A stretch of DNA of 64,000 bases, taken from contig DASYRF010000339.1 of the NCBI GenBank assembly GCA_036004705.1, positions 1,676 through 65,675 of the forward strand. Reading direction: 5' to 3'. This document shows, in pieces, positions 8,558-17,314 of this stretch. A program made the position numbers and the translations under genes. Position 1 is the stretch's first letter; each line of letters begins with the position of its first letter. This DNA comes from Myxococcota bacterium (lineage in GTDB: Bacteria; Myxococcota_A; Polyangia; DASYRF01). The notes under the pieces were generated by a model. The model ran no database searches. It was not told the DNA's origin and saw nothing but the letters and a program-made list of their open reading frames with translations.

Positions 8558-10408
8558 ATGCGCGTCGCCTGGGGCCTCGTGTTGTCCGGGTTGCTGGTTG
8601 CGAGCCTGAACGCGGGCTGCCGCTGCGGCAGCGGCGGATCCTCGACGGACGCGGGCGGCGGAGGCCCGGACGCCGGCCCCGACGCCGCCCGCACCGACGC
8701 CGCCACCGATTCCGGCGGGGGCGGAACCTTCGACGGCTCCCCCACCGACGCCGTCCCGACCACCGACGCCCTGCCGCCCGCCACCTGCGGCAACGCCATC
8801 GTCGAGCTTCCCGAAGAATGCGACGACGCCAACACGTCCGCCGACGACTACTGCCTCAACGACTGCACGCTCGCCTGTGGCGACGGCCTGGTGAACTCGG
8901 TCGAGCTCTGCGACACCGCTATCGCCGCCGGCAGCGCCGGCGCCTGCCCCACCTCGTGCGACGACGGCGACGCCTGCACGACGGACGCGCTCAGCGGCTC
9001 GGACTGCACCGCCGAGTGTGTGCACGGCGCCATCACCGCGCCCGCCCCGGGCGACGGCTGCTGTCCCCCCGGCGAGAACGCCAACACCGACACCGACTGC
9101 GCGCCGGTCTGCGACAACGGCGTGCTGGAGGCCGGCGAGACGTGCGAGCCGATGGCGAGCTGTCCGGCCTCCTGCAACGACGGCGACTCCTGTACGTCCG
9201 ACACGCTCACCGGCGCAGCGGCGACCTGCGACGCGGCCTGCCCCTTCACCATCATCACCGCCTGCACGGCCGGCGACGGCTGCTGCCCCGCCGGGTGCAT
9301 CGGCGTCGACGCGGACTGCTCGGCGCTGTGCGGCAACGGCGCCCTCGACCCCGGCGAGACCTGCGATCCGGTCTCGAGCTGCCCGACGTCGTGCTTCGAC
9401 GTCGATCCGTGCACCAGCGACGCCCTCTCCGGCAATGCTATGGCGTGCAGCTCTTCGTGTCCGTTCACGCCCGTGACGATGCCGTTCAGCGGCGACATGT
9501 GCTGCCCGCCCGGCGCCAACGCCAACAACGACGGCGACTGCCTGCCGGTGTGCGGCAACGGCATCGTGGAGATGGGCGAAGGGTGCGACGACGGCAACGT
9601 CGTCAGCGGCGACGGCTGCGACGCCACGTGCCAGCCCGAGGGCCCGCCGCCCACCACCTTCCGCTTCACCGACCTCGACCTCAAGGACCCGCACATCTAC
9701 GTCGACACCGGCTTCCCCTTCGGCTGCCAGGACGTCACGAACAGCGTGCCCCTCGGCCTCGCCACGCCGGTGAACGGGCAGATCCAGAACGCCATCCAGA
9801 TGGACGCCGACGGCGACGGCTATCTCGACTTGAGCTTCCTGCTCATCTTCCGCCCTCTGGACCAGACGCCCGGCATCACCGGCGCGATGGACCTCGCCAC
9901 CGGCCAATGCACCGCGCCGATGGCCGGCACTTCCTGCGACCTCCAGCCGATGACCATGCTCAACCCGACGACCTTCATGAACACGGCGAGCGGGACCTGC
10001 CTCGCCGCGATCCCCGGTACGACCACCCCGCGCGTGGGCGGCTACACGCCGACAATCACCAACACGACCGGACCCTGCTTCGTCAGCGGATCGATCGTCA
10101 TCATGCTGACGATCGGCGGCGCGACCATCACGCTGCAGGGCTCCCAGGTGGCCGCCACGTACGTGGGCGTGCCCGCCGGCTCGCTCTCGAACGGTCTCGA
10201 GCGCGGCTTCCTGTCCGAGGCCGACGCCGACGCCGCCATCATCGACGTCCCCGGCTTCGGCATGATGCCGCTCAGCTCGCTGCTCCCCGGCGGCACCGGC
10301 AACTGCGCCAGCTTCGACGATCGCGACGTCGGCCCGGACGGCACCACCATGGGCTGGTGGTTCTACCTGAACTTCCCCGCCACCGCCGTCACCTACACGG
10401 GCCCGTAG
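8558..10408 (+). CDS. Lipoprotein with four Myxococcus-type cysteine-rich repeats and a C-terminal Cys-poor domain
   Basis: SD GGAGG 8547-8551 then ATG 8558. Lipobox SLNAGC. Repeated modules ..CGNG..E.GE.C(D/E)..C.(D/S)GD.CT.D.. ending in CGNGIVEMGEGCDDGNVVSGDGCDATC. Confidence 0.85.
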   Translation: MRVAWGLVLSGLLVASLNAGCRCGSGGSSTDAGGGGPDAGPDAARTDAATDSGGGGTFDGSPTDAVPTTDALPPATCGNAIVELPEECDDANTSADDYCLNDCTLACGDGLVNSVELCDTAIAAGSAGACPTSCDDGDACTTDALSGSDCTAECVHGAITAPAPGDGCCPPGENANTDTDCAPVCDNGVLEAGETCEPMASCPASCNDGDSCTSDTLTGAAATCDAACPFTIITACTAGDGCCPAGCIGVDADCSALCGNGALDPGETCDPVSSCPTSCFDVDPCTSDALSGNAMACSSSCPFTPVTMPFSGDMCCPPGANANNDGDCLPVCGNGIVEMGEGCDDGNVVSGDGCDATCQPEGPPPTTFRFTDLDLKDPHIYVDTGFPFGCQDVTNSVPLGLATPVNGQIQNAIQMDADGDGYLDLSFLLIFRPLDQTPGITGAMDLATGQCTAPMAGTSCDLQPMTMLNPTTFMNTASGTCLAAIPGTTTPRVGGYTPTITNTTGPCFVSGSIVIMLTIGGATITLQGSQVAATYVGVPAGSLSNGLERGFLSEADADAAIIDVPGFGMMPLSSLLPGGTGNCASFDDRDVGPDGTTMGWWFYLNFPATAVTYTGP

Positions 10409-10470
10409 CGCCGCACGCGCGCCCCGCGGCCACGGGCGCCACCGCCACCGCCACCCGCGCCCGCCTCGCG

Positions 10471-10488
10471 GCCCGGCGGCCGCCGGGC
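10471..10488. terminator. 18-bp perfect GC palindrome between convergent genes (possible bidirectional terminator hairpin)
   Basis: GCCCGGCGGCCGCCGGGC. No U-tract. Confidence 0.35.
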
Positions 10489-10492
10489 GTCC

Positions 10493-11659
10493 CTACTCGC
10501 ACGTGCAATTGCCCGCGTAGTCGGCGACGCAAGGTAGCTCCGCGGCGGTGCCGCCCAGCGGGTCGCCGTAGTGCCAGCGCGTGAGCACGTTGATGCGCGG
10601 GTGCACTCCGGCGGCGGTGAGCGCCGAGGTTACCGGCGCGAACGAGATGCGGTTGAACCCGCCTGGTGTGTCGCGCGTGACCATCGCCGCCCGCGACATG
10701 GCCCGCTGGAAGCGCGCCAGCGTGTCCACGTCGCTGTTGCCGCCCGCCCAGCCGCTCGTCCCCGGGCCGTAGCGCGCCGAGTGCAGCACCGTGTACTTCG
10801 TGTTCGCGATGCTCACCTTGGCGGCGACGCCGCTGTCGTTCAGCCACTCGCGGAAGTTGAAGTAGTGGCTCGCCAGGAAGGCCGTGGAGTGCGCGCAGAT
10901 GAATCCGGTGCTGTGATAGTGCTCCGCCACCAGCGCGTCGCACGTCTCGTTCACGCGCGTCCAGAACGCGTTCGCAGGCGACGTCCAGTTCGCGGTCGTG
11001 GCCGCCGCCTCGGTCAAGAAGAAGATGCCCTTGAGCGATACGCCGGAGGGATCGGGATCGGACAGATAACGGAGCAGCTTCATCAGCTGCACCCGCGCTG
11101 CCGCGTTCCAGCCCGTGTCGCTGAAGGCTTCATTCATCGCGTAGAAGTCCGCGCCAGCGGCCAGCGCCGTGTCGCGGAAGTCGTGGCCGTACCCCGCCAG
11201 CGTGGCGTCGTCCGCCGTGCGCCAGTCGGGGAACTCGTGTAGGTCGAACGCCGGCGCGTAATAGAAGTCGGAGCGCGCGCCGTGGATCGTGGCCGCGAAC
11301 GCCGCGCTGGCCCACGCCGTCGCGTGGCTCTGCGCGAAGACGTATGCGTGGTCCGCAGCCATCGGCAGCCCGAGCGTCGGATCGGCGTACGTGTCGAGCA
11401 CGTCGCCCGACACCTGATAGAAGACGGTGAAGCGCTTGCCCGCCAGCGTCGCGCGCGGCGCCGACGGCACCACCGCCAGCGCACCTTCGCTCTCCTCCGC
11501 CGCGACCGCCGACTCCTCCGTGGGGAACGCCCCCAAGTCGAGCACCTGATCCGCGCCGTCGCCGCCTTCCGGCTCCGGCGCGTCCACCGGCTCCGCGCAC
11601 GCCCCCGCCGCCAGCGCCACCAGCGCCGCTGCACCGCACCGCTCCAAGAATCGTCGCAT
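10493..11659 (-). CDS. Hypothetical lipoprotein (388 aa)
   Basis: SD GGAGGAG immediately upstream of ATG 11659. Signal peptide with lipobox (LAAGAC). Protein-like composition throughout. No family recognised. Confidence 0.75.
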   Translation of the reverse strand: MRRFLERCGAAALVALAAGACAEPVDAPEPEGGDGADQVLDLGAFPTEESAVAAEESEGALAVVPSAPRATLAGKRFTVFYQVSGDVLDTYADPTLGLPMAADHAYVFAQSHATAWASAAFAATIHGARSDFYYAPAFDLHEFPDWRTADDATLAGYGHDFRDTALAAGADFYAMNEAFSDTGWNAAARVQLMKLLRYLSDPDPSGVSLKGIFFLTEAAATTANWTSPANAFWTRVNETCDALVAEHYHSTGFICAHSTAFLASHYFNFREWLNDSGVAAKVSIANTKYTVLHSARYGPGTSGWAGGNSDVDTLARFQRAMSRAAMVTRDTPGGFNRISFAPVTSALTAAGVHPRINVLTRWHYGDPLGGTAAELPCVADYAGNCTCE

Positions 11660-11903
11660 CCGCTCCTCCGGGTTTCGCTGCCCGCGCCCCGGCCGCGCCC
11701 CCCGCAACCTGCACCGCCCGTGCCATCGCCGCGCGCGCCCTTCGGATGCGCCGGCCCGCACACTTGCGCCCCCGCCGCGCCCGCCGTGGCCACTCGGCCC
11801 GCCGTGCCACGGACGCGACGATCGTCACCTGCACCACACACACCCCGCGCACGCCGATCCGGATGGTCACAGCGCGTGAGGTGTCGCGGGCGGCAGCCTG
11901 GCT

Positions 11904-12272
11904 CTAGGCCGCGCGCACGGGGACGAGCTCGTCGTTCTTCACGAAGCCGCGCAGCGCCTCGAAGCTGAGCTTCTGCGCTTTCGTCGCGGGGTCGTATACG
12001 ATCGTCAGGCGTACGCCGCGCGCGCGGGCGTTCTGGATCGCATGGATGACGGCGGTGATCGTGGACGAGTTGAAGAAGCCGAGCCGCTCGAAGCGCATCT
12101 CCAGGCCGCGCCCGAGGCCGGCGGCTTCGTCGAGCACGGCGCCGAAGTAGGGTCCGAGCAGCTGTGCCGGGTTCGCGGCGTTGCTCTTGCCGCTCCAGAA
12201 GAGCTGGATCACACCGCGCGGCGCGTCGTCGCGAGGCTCGATGCGCAGATCGCCGGCGACGAAGGTCTCCAT
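11904..12272 (-). CDS. STAS-like small protein (putative anti-anti-sigma/antagonist type), paralog of 16050..16442
   Basis: 122 aa. The segment RFERLGFFNSSTITAVIHAI resembles the DxSGxxFxDSSG region of STAS proteins. Collinear by eye with the ORF at 16050. Confidence 0.7.
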   Translation of the reverse strand: METFVAGDLRIEPRDDAPRGVIQLFWSGKSNAANPAQLLGPYFGAVLDEAAGLGRGLEMRFERLGFFNSSTITAVIHAIQNARARGVRLTIVYDPATKAQKLSFEALRGFVKNDELVPVRAA

Positions 12273-12286
12273 GCGCGCGCGTTACC

Positions 12287-12315
12287 TTGACACACCATCG
12301 TTCCGAAGGGAACAT
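12287..12315 (+). promoter_or_regulatory. Possible promoter TTGACA-17-GAACAT for the barrel/cupredoxin/PP2C operon
   Basis: TTGACA 12287-12292, 17-bp spacer, weak -10 GAACAT 12310-12315, about 35 nt upstream of ATG 12351. Confidence 0.3.
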
Positions 12316-12350
12316 GGCGCGGCCCGCCACGAATCGAACGGGGATCGCTC

Positions 12351-13133
12351 ATGCGGCGTCGAAGGCGCTTCACCCCCTGGTGGTCCCCGCTCGCCGCGGC
12401 CGCGTTGCTGCTCGTGCTGTGCGCGCCGGCGCGGGCGCTGGCCGGGGCCCGGGCGCACGCCTTCGTCCAGGGCACGGACTCCCTTCCCGAGACCGGTCTG
12501 GAGATCGAGAACTGGTTCGGCGCGTCGATCCCGCGCCACGGCGGCGCCGCCACCTGGGAGTGGTGGCTCGGCCCCGTAGTCGGCCTCACCGACCACCTCG
12601 AGGCCGGCCTCTTCGCGCTCTTCTACCAGGTCCCCGGCTTGCCGCCGCTGATGCCGGGCGGCCCGAAGACGGAGCCGGCGTTCGTGTTCTCGTCGCTGCG
12701 CCTGCAAGGGAGCTGGCTGCTGGCGGACAAGGCCGCGTGGCCGGTCGACGTGCGCATCCGGCTCGAGCTCGCCATGCCCGTCGACGGCGACGCGCCCTGG
12801 GAGACCTGGCTCAGCGCCTTCGTCGCGCGCGACCTCTGGCGCTTCAACTTCACGCTGAACGCCGGCGCCTGGCTGGAGCTGTCCGAGGAGGAGGGCGTCA
12901 CGCCCTACTATTACGCCGCGCTCGGCGCGTCGTTCGAGGTGATCACCGGCTATCGGATCGGCGCCGAGGTCTGGGCGCAGGCGGAGGGCGCCTTCGTCGA
13001 GCCGCAGCTGGCGGCGGGTCCGTCGGTGGCGCTGGGCCTCGGGCGTTTCTGGCTCGCCGCCGCGCTCGGCTTCGGTGCCGGCGAAGAGAGCCCGGCCCTG
13101 CGCGGGAGGTTGGTGCTTGGCGTGGTCCTCTGA
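12351..13133 (+). CDS. Signal-peptide protein, probable outer-membrane beta-barrel
   Basis: ATG 12351. Cleavable signal (LLLVLCAPARALA). Alternating hydrophobic/aromatic strands (WEWWLGPVVGL, FNFTLNAGAWLEL, FWLAAALGFG). Confidence 0.7.
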   Translation: MRRRRRFTPWWSPLAAAALLLVLCAPARALAGARAHAFVQGTDSLPETGLEIENWFGASIPRHGGAATWEWWLGPVVGLTDHLEAGLFALFYQVPGLPPLMPGGPKTEPAFVFSSLRLQGSWLLADKAAWPVDVRIRLELAMPVDGDAPWETWLSAFVARDLWRFNFTLNAGAWLELSEEEGVTPYYYAALGASFEVITGYRIGAEVWAQAEGAFVEPQLAAGPSVALGLGRFWLAAALGFGAGEESPALRGRLVLGVVL

Positions 13134-13839
13134 CGCCGCGCGCGCCGCGCGCCGCCTGCTCGTCCTCGCCGCCGTTGTCGCGCTCGGCGGGGGCGTGGTC
13201 GCACTCGCCGCGGCTCCCGCGCCGGCGCCGGCGTCCTCGCCACCCGGCGTGATCGCGGGCAGCCTCTCGCTCGTGCGCCTCAGCGTCGGCTCCGCCGTCA
13301 AGGGCTTCGACGAGACGCTCGTGTACCTGGACGACGCGCCGCCCGCCGCCGCCGGCTCGGCCGGTCCCTTCGTCATGGCGCAGGAGAAGAAGGCCTTCAC
13401 CCCGCGGCTCCTGGTGGTCCCCAACGGCGCGCGCGTCGACTTCCCCAACCGCGACGTCTTCTTCCACAACGTCTTCTCGGTCACGCCGGGCAGCACTTTC
13501 GACCTCGGGCTCTACAAGAGCGGCGGCAGCAAGTCGGTCGTGTTCGCCACGCCCGGCATCGTTTCGGTCTACTGCAACATCCATCCACAGATGTCGGCGT
13601 GGGTCGCCGTCATGGCGAACGCGCTCTGGGCGCGCCCCGCCGCCGACGGGAGCTTCGTCCTCGCCGGCGTTCCCGCCGGCAAGTGGCACGCCGTGGCCTG
13701 GTTCCCCTACGGCAAGCCCGAGCGCGCCGAAGTGAGCGTCGCCGCCGGCGGCCGCGCGGCGCTGTCGCTCGTGCTGCGCGAGGTAGTCGGGGCAGTGCGC
13801 CACCCCGACAAGGACGGCAAGGCCTACGGTCGCTACTGA
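13117..13839 (+). CDS. Membrane-anchored cupredoxin-like protein with a CarboxypepD_reg-like beta-sandwich
   Basis: TTG 13117 preceded by GGGAGG 13104-13109 (alternative ATG at 13075). Hydrophobic anchor LLVLAAVVALGGGVVALAAA. Motifs FHNVFS and VYCNIHPQM are typical of cupredoxin-like 'methylamine utilization'-annotated proteins. Overlaps the end of the preceding gene. Confidence 0.75.
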   Translation: MAWSSDAARAARRLLVLAAVVALGGGVVALAAAPAPAPASSPPGVIAGSLSLVRLSVGSAVKGFDETLVYLDDAPPAAAGSAGPFVMAQEKKAFTPRLLVVPNGARVDFPNRDVFFHNVFSVTPGSTFDLGLYKSGGSKSVVFATPGIVSVYCNIHPQMSAWVAVMANALWARPAADGSFVLAGVPAGKWHAVAWFPYGKPERAEVSVAAGGRAALSLVLREVVGAVRHPDKDGKAYGRY

Positions 13840-13864
13840 GCGCGGATCCGCCGCGCCTCCAACC

Positions 13865-15541
13865 ATGACTCGCCGCCCCCTTTCCTTTCGCACGCGCATC
13901 CTGCTGGCCATGCTGGGCCTGGTGCTGGTGCTCGGCTGCGGCGTGTTCGCCGGGATGGAGCTGGGGCTGCGCGCGCAGCTCACCGAGGCGCTCGTCCTCG
14001 ACGTCGACGCCACCGCCACCGCCTTCCAGGACGTGCTCGCTTCCGGCGGCGAGCGCCTGCTCGCCGAGGGGCGCGTCGTCGGCGAGGAGCCGCGCCTCAA
14101 GGCGGCGATGAGCACCGCCGGCATCGATCGCGCCACCCTGGAGGACGTCGGCGAGGAGCTGCGCGCGGCCGTGGGCTGGGACGTGCTGGCGCTGGCCGAC
14201 GCGGGCGGCGCCCTGGTCGCCGTGCGCGGCGTGGACGGCGCGTCCCCCGCGCCCGACGTCGTGAGTCGCGCGCTGGGCGGAGCGCCGGTCACCGGCTACT
14301 GGCGCAGCGGCGCGCGCGTGTTCCTCGTGGCCGCCACGCCCGTGGCGTTCGCCGAGCGCGTGATTGGCGTGCTCGTCGCCGGGACCGCCCTCTCCGACGC
14401 CTGGGCCGAGGCGCTGGCGCGTCGCGCCCACACGCCCCTCGCCGTCTATGCGGGCACGGTGCTGGTGTCGAGCTCCTTCGCGGCCGGCAGCGCGCCGCGC
14501 GCCGGCCTGCAGGGCCTCGGCGCCGGCCCGCTCGCGCGCGAGGTCGTCCTCGGGGACGAGCGCTTCGTCACCCACGAGGTCGCGCTCGCCGGCGCCACCG
14601 ACCTGCGCGCGCTGTTGCTCCGCTCCGAGGACGAGGCGCTGCGCCCGTACCGCAGCCTGCGCGCCATCATCTTCTCCGTCACCGGCATCGTGTTGCTCCT
14701 GGCGTTCGCCGCCGCCTGGCTCGTTTCGCGCGGCCTGTCGCAGCCGGTCGTCGAGCTCGAGACGCGCGCCCGCTCGCTCGCCCATCGCCAGGGCGTCATC
14801 AGCGAGGACCTGCGCCGCGCGCGGGACTTCCAGCGCAGCATCCTGCCCTCGGTTCCCCGCGTGGACGGCCTGGACGTGGAGGTGGCGTACCGGCCGCTCG
14901 ACCTCGTCGGCGGCGACGTGTACGACGTGGACGTGAGCGAGGACGGCGCACGGCTGCGCGTCTTCATCGCCGACGCCACCGGCCACGGCGTGGCGGCGTC
15001 GCTCACGACCATGCTCATCAAGGCGGAGTACGAAGCGGTCAAGCGCGTCGCCGCCGGCCCGGCCGACGTGCTGCGCGCCCTCAACGAGCGCATCATGCGC
15101 GCGTACGAGTTCGTCGGCGTGCGCTTCACCGCCGTGTGCGCCACGATCGACCTCGCCGGCGGCTTGCTGCGTTTCGCCACCGCCGCGCACTCCGCGCCGT
15201 TCGTGCTCTCCGGGAGCGACGTTCTGCAGGAGGAGGGCGGCGGCTCCTTCGTCGGCATCGTCGCCGACGGCTGGTACCCGCAGTGGGAGCGCCCGCTCGT
15301 TCCGGGCGACGTCGTCTGCCTGTACACCGACGGACTCACCGAGGAGTGGAACGAGGGCGGCGAGGTCTTCGGCGAGCCGCGCTTGCTGGCGGCGATCTGC
15401 GAGGCGCACGCCGACGGTACGCGCGTGGGCGGGGCGGCGCTCGCCACGCTGGAGGCCTTCGTCGGCCCGGGCCGTGAGATGCAGGACGACATCACTTTCA
15501 TCGGCGTGCGCTGGAAGAACGGCGCGGCGAGGAGCACATGA
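13865..15541 (+). CDS. Membrane sensor PP2C/SpoIIE-family serine phosphatase
   Basis: N-terminal TM helix (ILLAMLGLVLVLGCGVFAG), a periplasmic-looking segment, a second TM, then the PP2C/SpoIIE core (FQRSILP, GGDVYDV, FIADATGHGVAASL, LYTDGLTE). Confidence 0.9.
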   Translation: MTRRPLSFRTRILLAMLGLVLVLGCGVFAGMELGLRAQLTEALVLDVDATATAFQDVLASGGERLLAEGRVVGEEPRLKAAMSTAGIDRATLEDVGEELRAAVGWDVLALADAGGALVAVRGVDGASPAPDVVSRALGGAPVTGYWRSGARVFLVAATPVAFAERVIGVLVAGTALSDAWAEALARRAHTPLAVYAGTVLVSSSFAAGSAPRAGLQGLGAGPLAREVVLGDERFVTHEVALAGATDLRALLLRSEDEALRPYRSLRAIIFSVTGIVLLLAFAAAWLVSRGLSQPVVELETRARSLAHRQGVISEDLRRARDFQRSILPSVPRVDGLDVEVAYRPLDLVGGDVYDVDVSEDGARLRVFIADATGHGVAASLTTMLIKAEYEAVKRVAAGPADVLRALNERIMRAYEFVGVRFTAVCATIDLAGGLLRFATAAHSAPFVLSGSDVLQEEGGGSFVGIVADGWYPQWERPLVPGDVVCLYTDGLTEEWNEGGEVFGEPRLLAAICEAHADGTRVGGAALATLEAFVGPGREMQDDITFIGVRWKNGAARST

Positions 15542-16053
15542 GCCGGACGTTGAGCGTCGTGCTGCGCCTGCCGGCGGAGTGGCGCCGGATAGAAGCGGTG
15601 CGTGAAGCGATCGGGCGGTGCCTGGAGGCGGTGTTCGCGGACGAGGAGCTGGCAGGCGCGCTGGCGATGGTGACGGCCGAGCTGCTCGAAAACGCGGTGA
15701 AGTACGGCAAGCTCGACCCCGGCGGAGTCGTGCTGAGCGTCGAGGAGGACGGTGGCGGCGTGACGGTCGGCGTGACCAACGCGGTGGAGGCGGCGTCGCG
15801 CCACGTGGAGGCGCTGCGCGACCGGGTGGCGTGGATCGCCCGCTTCGCCGACCCCGCGGATGCGTTCGTCGCGGCGATGGCCGAGGTGTTCGCGCGCGGC
15901 GATCCGGACGCCGACAGCGGCCTGGGGCTGGCGCGCATCGCGCACGAAGGCGGCTGCACGCTGGCGTGCGACGAGTCGGTCCCAGGGCGCGTGACGGTGA
16001 GGGCATCGCGGGCGCACGCCGAGCCTGGCGCCGCGGCCCCGGCGCCGTCGTGA
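15538..16053 (+). CDS. RsbW/SpoIIAB-like HATPase-fold protein (anti-sigma-kinase-like)
   Basis: ATGA overlap with the phosphatase gene. N-box-like AELLENAVKYG and G-box-like SGLGLARI. Confidence 0.8.
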   Translation: MSRTLSVVLRLPAEWRRIEAVREAIGRCLEAVFADEELAGALAMVTAELLENAVKYGKLDPGGVVLSVEEDGGGVTVGVTNAVEAASRHVEALRDRVAWIARFADPADAFVAAMAEVFARGDPDADSGLGLARIAHEGGCTLACDESVPGRVTVRASRAHAEPGAAAPAPS

Positions 16054-16442
16054 CCCTATTCGCGCACGAGGAGTCGCGCGACGGCGCGCAGGTCGTCGTC
16101 GGCGCGCGCGGGCAGGACCGCGTCGCACTGCGCGGGGTGCTGCGCGAGCCCGAGGTGGGCGCGTGGCTCGGTCCGCTGTTCCGCAAGGTGCACGACGCCG
16201 CCGTCGCCGCACAGGTCGCGCGCGTCGCGCTGGACCTGCGAGACCTCGAATACGGCAACGCCGCCGTCTGGAAGTGCCTCGTCTTCTGGCTGAAGCTCGC
16301 GCGCGAGGACGCGCAGGCCCGCTACAAGCTCGTGATCCTCACGGCCCGCAAGCACCGCTGGCAAGAGATCGGCATGACCGCCCTGCGCGTGTTCGGCGGC
16401 GATCGCCTCGAAGTCTCCGTGGAGGAAGGCGCCGGCGGCTAG
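16050..16442 (+). CDS. STAS-like small protein lacking the phosphorylatable Ser position
   Basis: GTGA overlap at 16050-16053. Collinear with 11904..12272, with DLRDLEYGNAAVWKCLVFWL aligned to FERLGFFNSSTITAVIHAI. Confidence 0.65.
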   Translation: MTLFAHEESRDGAQVVVGARGQDRVALRGVLREPEVGAWLGPLFRKVHDAAVAAQVARVALDLRDLEYGNAAVWKCLVFWLKLAREDAQARYKLVILTARKHRWQEIGMTALRVFGGDRLEVSVEEGAGG

Positions 16443-16454
16443 ACGGCGACCTCG

Positions 16455-17267
16455 TCAGGTAGGCGGCGTGTCTGCCGGGGGCGTGCCCACGTCGGTGGGG
16501 CGGCGCCGGGCGCGTCGCACCAGAGCGCCGGTTCCCAGCGCCAATGCGCTGAGAGCGCCGATGATGCCGCCGATGACGCCCCCGCGCAGTCCCGCCCCGA
16601 GGTAGCGCGCGCAGGAGAATCGAGACGGCGGATCCGCGGCGCCCGTGGTCGCCAGGGCGGCGGCCTCGAAGATGGGAGCATACGTCGCGTACGCGGCTGG
16701 TGTCGTCGAATAGCTCAGTATCGCGCATGTCGTCCCTCCCGGGATGTGGTACTGCGCGGTGCGCACCCGGAATCCGTCGGCACGGCTGATGTCGAATAGG
16801 ATCCACGCGCCGGTGGCGCCGCCCACAGCGACAATTCGGCTCTCCACGAGGGTCGCGGTCAAGCCGCCAAACGAGGGGGCATTGTCCGGCGATACGATCG
16901 CCCTGGCGAGCTGACCGAGCAGATCCTCGTCGAACGGCCCGGGGCAGTCGACGATCCGCGCGTTGACGTTCTCGGCGAATCCGTCGCCGGCACCCGCCAG
17001 GTCCACGGCCACCATGGCCGCGCCGTCGCCGCGCGCGGCCGCGACAGCGGCGGGGTCCAGGCCTTCGAAGTTGGACTCCGGCGCGCCGGGGGAGAGATCG
17101 GTCCACCCTTCGGGGATCGTGAATTCGAACGGGGCGACGCGGACCCTGCCGGCCACGGCGGCGCGAGCCGGCAGTAGAAGCCCGGCCACCAGCAGGACGA
17201 CGCGCGCGCACCCTGCGGGGGCGCTTGCCGCCGGACGTCGTTGGTAGCGTGGCACGGTGTCGATCAC
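16455..17267 (-). CDS. Secreted hypothetical protein with a C-terminal TM/Arg-rich anchor
   Basis: Start uncertain (GTG 17267 chosen). Signal-like ARVVLLVAGLLLPARAAVA. Mature part begins FEFTIPEGW. C-terminus is GGIIGALSALALGTGALVRRARRR. The upstream Arg-rich part of the track ORF was rejected. Confidence 0.6.
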   Translation of the reverse strand: MIDTVPRYQRRPAASAPAGCARVVLLVAGLLLPARAAVAGRVRVAPFEFTIPEGWTDLSPGAPESNFEGLDPAAVAAARGDGAAMVAVDLAGAGDGFAENVNARIVDCPGPFDEDLLGQLARAIVSPDNAPSFGGLTATLVESRIVAVGGATGAWILFDISRADGFRVRTAQYHIPGGTTCAILSYSTTPAAYATYAPIFEAAALATTGAADPPSRFSCARYLGAGLRGGVIGGIIGALSALALGTGALVRRARRRPTDVGTPPADTPPT

Positions 17268-17314
17268 TTCTCGGGCGCGGTCTTGCCGTGCCCGACTGCT
17301 TCGCGCTCGACGGC

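Noticed and set aside
12329-12342. tRNA T-arm-like string (CGAATCGAACGG). General search for tRNA/rRNA genes.
   Set aside because: No acceptor or anticodon stems can be built around it. No other T-loop-like GTTCGAATC/GGTTCGA motifs or rRNA-like conserved blocks were seen anywhere in the window.
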